A DNA stretch of 64,000 nucleotides from an uncultured Acidobacteriota bacterium (GTDB lineage: Bacteria > Acidobacteriota > Thermoanaerobaculia > Multivoradales > UBA5704). Below, piece by piece: positions 27,701 to 34,620 of the stretch (the first letter of the stretch is position 1; each line of letters starts with the position of its first letter). Made by a program: the position numbers and the translations under genes. The notes under the pieces were generated by a model. That model saw only the letters and a list, made by a program, of their open reading frames with translations, did not search any database and had not been told where the DNA came from. The stretch lies in NCBI GenBank assembly GCA_963700145.1, contig OY969474.1:1-64000 (forward strand), read 5' to 3'.

Positions 27701-30697
27701 ATCGAAGGCGGCGCTCTGCTCCAGCTCGCGCCGATCGCCGGCGGCGCCGAGCCCGAGCTTCCCGGCACGCAGGCGTTGACGGGCGACGCCGAATGGACCG
27801 ACTACCGGCTGGCGGCCGAGCTGCGCTCCGACGCCGGCTCATCGCTCGGCGTCGTCTTCCGCTGGCGCGACGCTGACAACCACTATCGCCTCTCCGCTGA
27901 CGCCACCCTGAGGTTCCGCCGGCTCGTCAAGCGCGAGGCGGGGGTCGTGACGATTCTCTGGGAGGACGCCGGACGCTACGCTCCGGGCGAGCCATTCCGC
28001 CTCGAGATCGAGGCGGTGGGCCCGCGGCTCACCGGCTTCCTCGACGCCGTCCGGCTCTTCACGCTGACCGACGCCGCCCACGCCGCCGGCCAGGTCGGGA
28101 TCTACGCCTGGAACGATCCAACCGCGCGCTGCGAGCGGCTCGAGGTCCGGCGCCCGTCACTGGAAGGGCAGGCCCTGCTGCGCGACGCCTTCGCCGCCGG
28201 CGACCTCGCCGGGTGGTCCCTCCTCTCGGAGGTCTCGACCGTTCCCTTGGCGCAGGCCGTGGCGTGGGAGACCGCGGGCGGCGCCCTCCGCCTGCGCAGC
28301 CTGCTCGCCCGGGGCGGGGCCCCCGACTTCCCCGGCGCGCTGGCGGCGGCCGGAGACGCCGCCTGGACCGACGTCGTCTTCCAGGTCCGCCTGCGCTCTC
28401 CCGGCGGCGCGATCGGCGTCGTCTTCCGCGGCCAGAACCTGGCGAGCTACTACCGCTTCGCGATGAGCCGCGACCAGGGCTTCCGCCAGCTCGTCAGAAA
28501 GTCTGGCGGGCAAACGCAGGTGCTGTGGCAGGACGGCGTGCTCTACGAGGCGGACCGCACCTACGAGCTCACCGTCGTCGCCGCCGGCGCCTCGCTGCGC
28601 GGCTGGCTCGACGGCGTGCCGCTCTTCGCGGTCGAGGACGCGGCCGTGCCCGCGGGGCGGATCGCGCTCTACGCCTGGAACAACCCGGAGGCCTGGTTCT
28701 CCGCGGTCCGGGTCTGGCCGGCCGAGCGCGCGTACGCGGCCTGGACGCTGGACGAGCCGTTCGCCGTCGCCGCTGGCGGCCGCTGGACCTTCCACGACGA
28801 GGCGGGGGAGCCCGATCCCGTCGCCTGGACCGCGGGCGGCGGGGAGTTACGCGCGGAGCCCGACCCGGTCGTCTGGGAGGCGGCGGGGGAGGGCGTCGAC
28901 GGCCGGGCCCGCGCGCTCGCGGTGGCGGGCGATGGGGTCTACGCGGGCGGCGACTTCCTGCACGCCGGGGGCGTCCCGGCGAATCGCATCGCGCTCTGGA
29001 CCGGCAGCGCCTGGCAGGCCCTGGGCGCCGGCCTCGACGGGCCGGTGCGGGCGCTCGCCGTCGACGGCGACCGGGTCTACGTCGGCGGGCAGTTCGCGCA
29101 GGCCGGGGGGAGCGCGGCCGCCAACGTCGCCGTTTGGGACCGCGGCGCCGGGACCTGGTCGGCGCTCGGCGGCGGCGTCAACGGGCCGGTGCTCGCCCTC
29201 GCCGTGCTCGGCGACCTGCTCTACGCCGGCGGGCAGTTCACGGCCGCGGGCGGTGTGGCCGCCGCGAACCTGGCGGTGTGGGACCGACAGGCCGGCTCCT
29301 GGTCGGAGGTCGGCGGGGGCGTCAACGCGCAGGTGCTTGCCCTCGCCGTCCGCGGCAGCCGGCTTTACGTGGGCGGTCGCTTCACTCAGGCGGGAGGCAC
29401 GCCGGCGAGCCGGATCGCCCTCTGGGATGGGGCGAGTTGGGCGGCGGCGGCCGGCACGGTCAACGGTCCCGTCTCGGCGATCGCGGTGGCGGCGGGGAGC
29501 GGCGCCCTCTTCATCGGCGGCGGGTTCACCCAAGCCGGGGGCGTCGCCGCGAGCCGTATCGCGCGTTGGACCGGCAGCGCCTGGGCGCCGCTCGGCGCCG
29601 GGGCCGACGGACCCGTCGACGCCCTGACCCTGGACGGCGGCCAGCTCTGGGCCGGTGGCCGCTTCACGCAGGCCGGTGGCGCTTCGGCGAGCCGGATCGC
29701 GCGCTGGAGCCTCGCGGTGCAGACCTGGTCGCCGGTGGGAGAGGGTCTGCCGGATGGCGTCTTCGCTCTCGCCGCGAACGGTAACCGCCTGTGGGCGGGA
29801 GGAGACTTCACCGCGGCGCCGACAGGCTCCCCGGTGCAGCGGATCGCGGCGCTGCTCCTGGGCCGGACCCGCTTCGCCCTGTCGGCGACGCCGGCGCCCG
29901 GCGACTTCCGGCTTGCCGTTCGTCTCGTCCCCGGCAGCGACGGTGCTGCGGCGGTGGTCCTGCGCTTCGCCGACGCTGCGCACTACCTCGCCTTCTGGCT
30001 CGACGCCGAGCAGGGGCAGCGCCGGCTGGTCCGGACCGACGGCGGCATCAGCGAGGTGCTCTGGCAGGACGGTGTGCGGCCCGCGGCCGGACGGGAGCAC
30101 GCGGTGACGATCGACGCGGTGGGCGACCGCCTCGTCGGGTTCGTGGACGGCGTGCCGGTCTTCGACCTCGCGGTCCCGGACGCCGCTCCAGCACCGCTCC
30201 GTGCCGGCGTCGCTGTCTGGCGCAGCCCGGACGCGCGGTGCCACGAGGTGCGTCTCGCCGTGCCCGCCTGGACCCTCTGGCACGCCTTCGGCGACGAGGA
30301 GCGTCTCCTCGCCGGCACGCGGGTGCGCGTGCACGCGGCGCCGCCGGTCTCATCCGGGCCGCGCGAGCCGGGCGTCGTCCTGCGCTCCGCGGCCCTCGCC
30401 GGCGAGAGCGGCGGCCTGCGCCTCTCCACCCGCGGCGCCGACCTGCGCGTCGTGGCGCCCGACGGCGCCGTGGGCCACACGCGCGGCTTCCTCGGCCCCG
30501 ACGCCTACGCCCCCGTCTCCGTGCAGGTCATACGCAAGGCGGATGGCACCAGCGTTTTCTTACTCCCGGGTGGCGACGCGGCCGCCCGATCCGTGCGGCT
30601 GCAGCTCACCTACCACCGCGACCGGCAGGATGCCGGCCGGACGTTCCGCCAAGCGGGAGATGCGCGGGCGGAGCAGGTGATCCTGGATATTCCGTGA
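21785..30697 (+). CDS. 2970-aa protein: beta-rich (DUF6603-like) N-terminus, four ConA/LamG (DUF1080-like) domains, 7-bladed Rax2-like propeller
   Basis: Uninterrupted ORF; amphipathic strand runs (GLGIYGFAGLVALQMEP, FALGAGITLGT); repeated WTDY.L...G..GVVFR...YR...GRIGLY; seven W..LG.G.NG.V.ALA...LY.GG.F repeats. Confidence 0.85.
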   Translation: MDETKPIEELWTALDGILPPQWRSGPVAALLEGLSFADALVSSDGDDKFTLTVTISADAPLDLAIPGLPEFGITVGEFDSFGYSLELGYDAGVLSLAVVDVPITIYLPDSFLRPVDEEDGLALIGVGMLRVSSVGEFEIKLADGLDLPPCQLGDSGVVIAASGLKLDLSVADSPPEVLAAGFGESFVGLYFQEVRVALPAGLPGLVPEDLILKKCVIGSGGVSGELDLTYAPAYDAATRKFSGPGAGELFGIPVGLERVELVVRKNALTKSSLAGRLLLPFFDEPIDVDLGFDLDGNVTVEITGSGGNALKTLTKPNVMSMELDSIGAEIADGTFSLKLSGKLTPLFGADKGLKWPTFDIKELSIDSEGHVHFDGGWLTLPQQQTLDFYGFKIEISQLGFGKNEDGSKWVGFSGGLKLVDGLQAGASVEGLRITWFEGSLPKISLNGAGVELKIPGVLELKGSVSFKEITDQLTGEEVKRFDGDIHVTLETPELEIDGMMVIGSVKGPLGRYNFFAIYADVALPTGLPLASTGLGIYGFAGLVALQMEPNKKPEEMWFSIDHGKSFYHRGDPGITDLKNKWEPRKGSFALGAGITLGTLSDNGYTFNGKFLLAIVLPGPIIMLQGAASFLKKRAEGTDEGQFRALAVLDGRAGSVLIGLDAEYKTGKGGELLQIGGSLEAYYAFRDPTAWHLYLGLKEPRELRIRALFARLVEANAYFMLDAHQLAVGAWFGYANAWKFGPLQVTLEAWAEGNALLSFKPTHFHGDLWLHCLLELKVFGIGLGLSLDAKIAADLFKPYHLLGTFSVGIKLPWPFKKKISAKVVLEWKPLPLPPPLSLPVTEVAAEHFKSTVVWPLPRGKYLRPNWSDGDGFLAGPTGASDPDLATVPLVPLDARLSVTFGRSVHDLAKVGINLQPIVPAEEDIGHPGGGPIAKVRYELAGLELHRKVGASWQLVASSPQSGSTPALFGSWLPGPQLPDGGAQPPARGQTKLLAWSKTPFDFTRATGSTWEEWVTDAWPEYPCVPLLPAEEICFGFDDLAPGTLVRSPWTHPGPPAFTLSWGFGPAVVQVGQVTQPGAPVRTVSYLCFPAAALRRGVRVRSSAPGRSFRLVLAPAVQTINLRPVAPPQAAPDAGPRPVTLPWTTSDATRICVDLRSRTAGTVANPWSAEGVRFTVRGADGGPLPLARLERWGKGSIGLAAGFRLDVALPCASDWVELIVTHRPPFRVVAFNGAGAAVASHAPAGTGGETTETIRLEGRGITRLEVHAAGNEKLVHSVCYACAPATGPSVTWYDSEGFPHGPYFPADDGDDVIAEGPGVVEVVWTGEDRPCLEKICVTPDPEAGLGVGREEIIQHIRDELARWQGEGAVLAPHTTYRLTVRTRVVPTPLLQGLSFPQADRNPVEHAYFRTEGPPGLVDLLPPEGVAADTFDSGLEDLVRYVRETDPPTVPLPGEKPILFKPFYRAYDVGVEFNEDYVEQMYRMDGRDLGLYLYDNNNQPARDARGRLLALANRWGRTETLTLSEKETRWLTLIDAATCLPEKPDPRTFPHDATLVSAEERVLAPDTLHEARLVPLLLHESFTAGSVGTAPPGWLADDAGAGGPSLWRLGEVGDPASRFVEQASGIGGAGEPARPGTVLLLAGPAAGAWTDYRLSVYARAAAGGAVGVVFRHGGGGSWYRFALDERGRRLVKAGPAGVTVLAADHVGSRRNRDYLLTVEAIGTSLRTYVDGAPVFAVEDGDLAAGRIGLYVCQSPGARFTDVRVDDFRAAAPVVYRFQLTTSLYANFFHHLHGFDDLTWSGSLGPEAAAPLALAAPPSFAPPGEAEARAYDELADLALKAEARQNPPRVEVTRLALPAGGPALLLRSPEPLAWQRVELSLSRPAHTLPAPRPPGDLKLTDVAFGTLSPAEEAVTLLLREAADLTRHRIELRQLPGPLAEPAGDPFLAIESFGDPAALGRFAVVDLGTDGGPSDWRIEGGALLQLAPIAGGAEPELPGTQALTGDAEWTDYRLAAELRSDAGSSLGVVFRWRDADNHYRLSADATLRFRRLVKREAGVVTILWEDAGRYAPGEPFRLEIEAVGPRLTGFLDAVRLFTLTDAAHAAGQVGIYAWNDPTARCERLEVRRPSLEGQALLRDAFAAGDLAGWSLLSEVSTVPLAQAVAWETAGGALRLRSLLARGGAPDFPGALAAAGDAAWTDVVFQVRLRSPGGAIGVVFRGQNLASYYRFAMSRDQGFRQLVRKSGGQTQVLWQDGVLYEADRTYELTVVAAGASLRGWLDGVPLFAVEDAAVPAGRIALYAWNNPEAWFSAVRVWPAERAYAAWTLDEPFAVAAGGRWTFHDEAGEPDPVAWTAGGGELRAEPDPVVWEAAGEGVDGRARALAVAGDGVYAGGDFLHAGGVPANRIALWTGSAWQALGAGLDGPVRALAVDGDRVYVGGQFAQAGGSAAANVAVWDRGAGTWSALGGGVNGPVLALAVLGDLLYAGGQFTAAGGVAAANLAVWDRQAGSWSEVGGGVNAQVLALAVRGSRLYVGGRFTQAGGTPASRIALWDGASWAAAAGTVNGPVSAIAVAAGSGALFIGGGFTQAGGVAASRIARWTGSAWAPLGAGADGPVDALTLDGGQLWAGGRFTQAGGASASRIARWSLAVQTWSPVGEGLPDGVFALAANGNRLWAGGDFTAAPTGSPVQRIAALLLGRTRFALSATPAPGDFRLAVRLVPGSDGAAAVVLRFADAAHYLAFWLDAEQGQRRLVRTDGGISEVLWQDGVRPAAGREHAVTIDAVGDRLVGFVDGVPVFDLAVPDAAPAPLRAGVAVWRSPDARCHEVRLAVPAWTLWHAFGDEERLLAGTRVRVHAAPPVSSGPREPGVVLRSAALAGESGGLRLSTRGADLRVVAPDGAVGHTRGFLGPDAYAPVSVQVIRKADGTSVFLLPGGDAAARSVRLQLTYHRDRQDAGRTFRQAGDARAEQVILDIP
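28874..29850 (+). repeat. Seven coding tandem repeats (~46-48 aa) forming a beta-propeller
   Basis: Blade starts WEAAGEGVDG, WQALGAGLDG, WSALGGGVNG, WSEVGGGVNA, WAAAAGTVNG, WAPLGAGADG, WSPVGEGLPDG. Confidence 0.8.
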
Positions 30698-30719
30698 CTG
30701 AAGCGCGGCGCGGCGGGCG

Positions 30720-31565
30720 TCACTCCCGCTCGAGCAGCTTCTTGTAGGCCGCCAGGTGGCGGATCGTCTCTGCCCCTTCGCCCAGCTCCTCGTAAAGGCC
30801 GGCGAGGTTGTAGTGGGCGTCGGCGCAGGCAGGGTCGGCGGCGAGGGCTTCGAGGTAAGCGGCGATCGCCTCGCGCGGGCGGTCGAGGTCCTGGAGGGCG
30901 ACGCCCAGGTTGAAGCTGGCGGTGACGTCGCCGGGGCGGGCGGCGAGGGCGCGGCGGTAGTGGGCGGCGGCGCCGGCGGCGTCGCCGTCCTCGTGCAGGA
31001 GCCGGCCGAGGTTGAGGTGCGCGTCCGGGTGCTCGGGGTCGAGGGCCAGCGCCTTGCCGTAGGCCTCCTGGGCCGCGGCCGGCGCCGTCGCCTCCAGCTC
31101 GCAGGCCAGCTCGTACCAGTCGTCGGCCTCGAGGTCCTCGCGGTCGCGCGCTTCGGCGTAGGCGCGCTCGGTGAAGGGCGCCGCGGCCGCGGCGAGCGGC
31201 GCCACCTCGAAGTCCAGCACCTGCTGGCCCGACTCAGCGAGCCAGGCCTCGCCGCCGGCGCGCACCACGATCGAGCCGCCCTCGGCGGCGATGCGCACGG
31301 TGGCGAGCGAGCGGCCGCGCGGGAGCTGCTCGTGGAGGCGCGCCAGCGCCCGGCGCACCCGCCGCGGCGCGACGCCCGAGGCGAGGAGGCCCTGCGCCGC
31401 GCGCAGGACGACGAGGTCCTGGAAGGAGAACAGGTAGGCACCGCGCGCCCCGCGCCGCGGCGCCAGGAACCCGGCGCGCACGAACGAGCGCACCCGCTCC
31501 TCGGCGACGCCGAGGAGGCGCGCCACGTCGTGGGTGGTGTAGCCGGGGAGGGGCGAGGAGAGCAT
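30720..31565 (-). CDS. MerR-type HTH plus tetratricopeptide repeat protein
   Basis: YTTHDVARLLGV..ERVR....GFL.P.R...G.Y.FSFQDL; TPRs (ALALDPEHPDAHLNLGRL, ADAHYNLA.LY); start could be GTG 31628. Confidence 0.85.
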   Translation of the reverse strand: MLSSPLPGYTTHDVARLLGVAEERVRSFVRAGFLAPRRGARGAYLFSFQDLVVLRAAQGLLASGVAPRRVRRALARLHEQLPRGRSLATVRIAAEGGSIVVRAGGEAWLAESGQQVLDFEVAPLAAAAAPFTERAYAEARDREDLEADDWYELACELEATAPAAAQEAYGKALALDPEHPDAHLNLGRLLHEDGDAAGAAAHYRRALAARPGDVTASFNLGVALQDLDRPREAIAAYLEALAADPACADAHYNLAGLYEELGEGAETIRHLAAYKKLLERE

Positions 31566-31631
31566 GACGCTGACGAGCGAGCTGTCCGCGAACGCCGCGC
31601 CGTGATCGTCTGGCGCCGGCGGGCGCACCGT

Positions 31632-32528
31632 CTAGCGCTTGCCGGCGGCGGCGCGCGGCTTGGCGGCGCCGCGGCCGCCCTTCGCCGCCGCGGCCTTGAT
31701 CGGCGTCGCCTTGGCCGCCGCCTCGCGCGGCGCGCGGCGGGCCGGCTTCTTGACGCCCGCCTCGCCGAGGCTCGCCTTGAGCGCCGCCATGAGGTCGATG
31801 ACCTGCGCCTTCGGCGCCTCCTCGGGGGGCGCCACGATCTGCTCACCGGCGACCTTCTTCTCGATCAGCGCGACGATGCGGTCGCGCAGCACGTCCTTGT
31901 AGGGCTTCGGGTCGAAGCGCTCCGCGGCGATCTGGTCGACCAGCCGCAGCGCCAGCTCGAGCTCGTTCGGCTTGACGTCGGCGTCGCCCACCGGCACCTC
32001 GTCGAAGCTGCGCAGCTCGTCGGCGTAGCGGAGCTGCTGCATGACGAGGCCGTTCTCGAACGGGCGCAGCAGGACGAGGTAGCTGCGGCCGCGCGCGAGG
32101 TAGGTGGCGAGCGCGGCGTACCCCGACTCCTTCATCGCCAGCGCCAGCAGGCGGTAGGGCTTCGGCCCGCCCTTGTCCGGCCCGAGGTAGTAGGACTTCT
32201 CGAAGTAGATCGGATCGACCGCGGCGAGCGGCACGAACTCGGCGATCTCGATCGCGTTGGTGGCCTCCGGCTCGAGCGCCTTGAGCTCCTCCTCGTTGAA
32301 GAGGACGTACTGCCCCTTGGCGAACTCGTACCCCTTGGCCATCTCGTCGCGCTCGACGAAGACCTCGTCGGTGGGGCACCAGTAGCGGTACTTGAGGCGC
32401 GTGCCGCAGGAGCGGTGCACCATGTTGAAGGAGACGGCGCTCTGCGGTTCGCCGGTCGAGTACAGCTTGACCGGGATCGCCACGAGGCCGAAGGAGATCG
32501 TGCCGGAGCCGATCGCACGTGCGGGCAT
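31632..32528 (-). CDS. ku: Non-homologous end joining protein Ku
   Basis: RAIGSGTISFGLVAIPVKLY, KGYE, IDLMAALKASL, Lys/Ala-rich tail. Confidence 0.96.
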   Translation of the reverse strand: MPARAIGSGTISFGLVAIPVKLYSTGEPQSAVSFNMVHRSCGTRLKYRYWCPTDEVFVERDEMAKGYEFAKGQYVLFNEEELKALEPEATNAIEIAEFVPLAAVDPIYFEKSYYLGPDKGGPKPYRLLALAMKESGYAALATYLARGRSYLVLLRPFENGLVMQQLRYADELRSFDEVPVGDADVKPNELELALRLVDQIAAERFDPKPYKDVLRDRIVALIEKKVAGEQIVAPPEEAPKAQVIDLMAALKASLGEAGVKKPARRAPREAAAKATPIKAAAAKGGRGAAKPRAAAGKR

Positions 32529-32590
32529 AATGCGGAAAAGTGTAGCACGGAAGGCTAGTTAGGGGCGGTGGAGGGGGCCCGCGGCGGGCG

Positions 32591-32990
32591 ATTGGGCTGG
32601 GTCGGCCGCCGGACTGCGTAAGTAGAGGACCGGATGGGCCTTCGCGACGGCCAATTGGGCTGGGTCGGCCGGCCAACTGCGTAGGTTGGGGACCGCGGAG
32701 CGCTCCGCGCCCAGCGAATTGCGTAGGTTGAGGACCGAATGGGCTGGGTTGGCGGACGAACTGCGTAAACTGAGGACAGGAGTGGGTCGATCGGTAGCAC
32801 GACCCAGCCGGTTTGCCCGACGAACCGCGTAAAACGAGGACCGGAGCTGCCATTTCGGCAGAGAACCCAGCCCAACGGCCCGGCAAACCGCGTAGGTTGA
32901 GGACCGCGACCCCTCAATCAGCCGGCGAATTGCGTAGGTAGAGGACCGGAGCGCTCCATCCGGCCGCCGAACCGCGTAAAACGGGGACCG
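32591..32990. repeat. Non-coding array of 8 degenerate 22-bp direct repeats (consensus GAAC[TC]GCGTA.GT.GAGGACCG) with 20- or 41/42-bp spacers
   Basis: Copies start at 32611, 32674, 32716, 32758, 32822, 32885, 32927, 32969 (periods 63, 42, 42, 64, 63, 42, 42). Confidence 0.85.
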
Positions 32991-33008
32991 CGGGACCCGA
33001 ATCGCCGC

Positions 33009-33443
33009 TTACGGCGCCGTCGGAGCGCCGCCGTTCGGGCCGGCGGGCGGCGCCGTCAGCCCGCGCCGGTCCAGCTCGGCGCAAAACGCCCGGCGCAGCA
33101 CCTCCTCGAGCTCGGCGCGCGTCCGCGGCAGTCCGGCGAGGGCTGCGTCGCGCTCCGCGGGGCTGCGGCGGGCGATCCAGTCGCTCAGGCTCCGCTTCGC
33201 GGCGGCTTCCTGCTCCGGGAAGGCGAGCGACAGCAGCTGCGACACCGGCACGTCCAGCACCTCGGCGAAGGCCATCAGGTGGTCGACCGTCAGCCGGCTC
33301 TCGCCGCTGAGGAGCTTCCCGAGGTTGCCGTTGCCGACCCCCAGCCGCCGCCCCAGCGCGCGCTTGCTCCAGCCGTCGCGGAACAAGGCCTCCACCGCCT
33401 CGCTGAGCAACTGTCGTAGGTCCTTCGTGTCGAGCTGGGGCAT
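33009..33443 (-). CDS. XRE-family helix-turn-helix protein
   Basis: GWSKRALGRRLGV..GNL.KLLSGE..LTVDHL..FAEVLDVPVSQLL. Confidence 0.8.
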   Translation of the reverse strand: MPQLDTKDLRQLLSEAVEALFRDGWSKRALGRRLGVGNGNLGKLLSGESRLTVDHLMAFAEVLDVPVSQLLSLAFPEQEAAAKRSLSDWIARRSPAERDAALAGLPRTRAELEEVLRRAFCAELDRRGLTAPPAGPNGGAPTAP

Positions 33444-33515
33444 CTCGACCGCGGAGTATGGACCCCTCCACACCCGCTGTCCACCGGGAACACCGCCGCC
33501 GCGCCGGCCGTTTCC

Positions 33516-33544
33516 TTGACTGGGCGCCTCCTGGGTGCCAAACT
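33516..33544 (+). promoter_or_regulatory. Sigma70-type promoter for tRNA-Phe
   Basis: TTGACT-N17-CAAACT with upstream TG and a GC-rich discriminator. Confidence 0.5.
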
Positions 33545-33591
33545 CCGCCGTCCGCGCGGGAGCCCGACGGCCTCCCAAGACTGCCCACCGT

Positions 33592-33667
33592 GCCCAGGTA
33601 GCTCAGTTGGTAGAGCACGTGACTGAAAATCACGGTGTCGCTGGTTCGATTCCGGCCCTGGGCACCA
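33592..33667 (+). tRNA. tRNA-Phe (GAA)
   Basis: 76 nt; acceptor GCCCAGG/CCTGGGC, anticodon arm CGTGA-CTGAAAA-TCACG, T-arm GGTTCGATTCC, encoded CCA. Confidence 0.97.
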
Positions 33668-33681
33668 CTCAGAGCGCCGCC

Positions 33682-33984
33682 ATGGACGAGCTCCGAAACG
33701 CCATCCGGCGACAGGACCTCTCGGCGTTCTGCCGCCGTCACGGCATCCGGCGGCTCGCTCTGTTCGGCTCCGTGCTGCGCGACGATTTCGGGCCGCAGAG
33801 CGACGTTGACGTCCTCGTCGAGTTCGAGCCGGCCGCACGCGTCGGCCTTCGCTTCTTCACCATCCAAGAGGAGCTGACCGCGCTGCTCGGCCGGCGAGTG
33901 GATCTCAACACTCCCGCTTTCCTCAGCTCGGCGTTTCGCCAGGAAGTGCTGGCAGAGGCCGAGAATCTCTATGTCGCGGCGTGA
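33682..33984 (+). CDS. mntA: MNT minimal nucleotidyltransferase antitoxin
   Basis: LFGSVLRDDF..SDVDVLVEF, LGRRVDL. Confidence 0.9.
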   Translation: MDELRNAIRRQDLSAFCRRHGIRRLALFGSVLRDDFGPQSDVDVLVEFEPAARVGLRFFTIQEELTALLGRRVDLNTPAFLSSAFRQEVLAEAENLYVAA

Positions 33985-34315
33985 CGATCGCGTCCGGCTC
34001 GGTCATATGTTGAGCCATGCCCGCGAGGCCATTGGCATGGCCCAGGGCCGCTCGCGCGCCGATCTAGACACCGATCGCCAGTTCAACCTGGCGCTCGTGC
34101 GCCTCGCCGAGATCGTCGGCGAGGCCGCCGCTCGGATCACGACAGAGACGCAGGAGCGCCTGACCTCCGTGCCCTGGGCGGAGGTAGTCGGACTTCGCAA
34201 CAGAGTGATCCACGGTTACGACGAAGTGGATTTCGACATCTTATGGAACACCGTCGTCTTCGACTTTCCGCCTCTCGCGGAAGAGATCGACCGCTTTCTA
34301 AGGGGTCGCGCTTAG
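33971..34315 (+). CDS. hepT: HEPN (DUF86/HepT) RNase toxin
   Basis: EIVGEAA, VPW, RNRVIHGY (RX4HXY); overlaps MNT stop. Confidence 0.9.
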   Translation: MSRRDDRVRLGHMLSHAREAIGMAQGRSRADLDTDRQFNLALVRLAEIVGEAAARITTETQERLTSVPWAEVVGLRNRVIHGYDEVDFDILWNTVVFDFPPLAEEIDRFLRGRA

Positions 34316-34602
34316 GCATCGATCAGCTCCGGTTCGATGCGCTGCCAAAGAGAAGGCTTGATGGCGCGTCGCGAGACGAGATCCACCCGGCGCCCCAGCG
34401 CCCGCTCAAGCTCCTCCCCGAGATCGACGAAGCGCAGGCCGATCGAGGGGTCTACCTCCACTAGCACATCGACATCGCTGTCCTCTCTCGCCTCGCCGCG
34501 TGCCCAGGAGCCGAAGAGGGCCAAGCGCCGGATCGGGTAACGGCCGCTGAGGATGGCGCGCTGCTCGCGCAATGTCGCCAGGATCTCTTCGACGGTTGGC
34601 AT
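34312..34602 (-). CDS. Second, orphan MNT nucleotidyltransferase
   Basis: LFGSWARGEAREDSDVDVLVE, LGRRVDLV; alternative start 34620. Confidence 0.85.
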   Translation of the reverse strand: MPTVEEILATLREQRAILSGRYPIRRLALFGSWARGEAREDSDVDVLVEVDPSIGLRFVDLGEELERALGRRVDLVSRRAIKPSLWQRIEPELIDA

Positions 34603-34620
34603 GACCGAACTCTGCCTCAT

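Noticed and set aside
31843-32917. ORFs reading through the repeat array (PQPTQFAG repeats)
   Set aside because: The repeat frame is broken by a stop and a 1-nt shift, and one ORF overlaps ku out of frame.
32591-32990. CRISPR array
   Set aside because: Repeats are degenerate and non-palindromic, spacers are of two sizes and reuse motifs, and there are no cas genes in the window.
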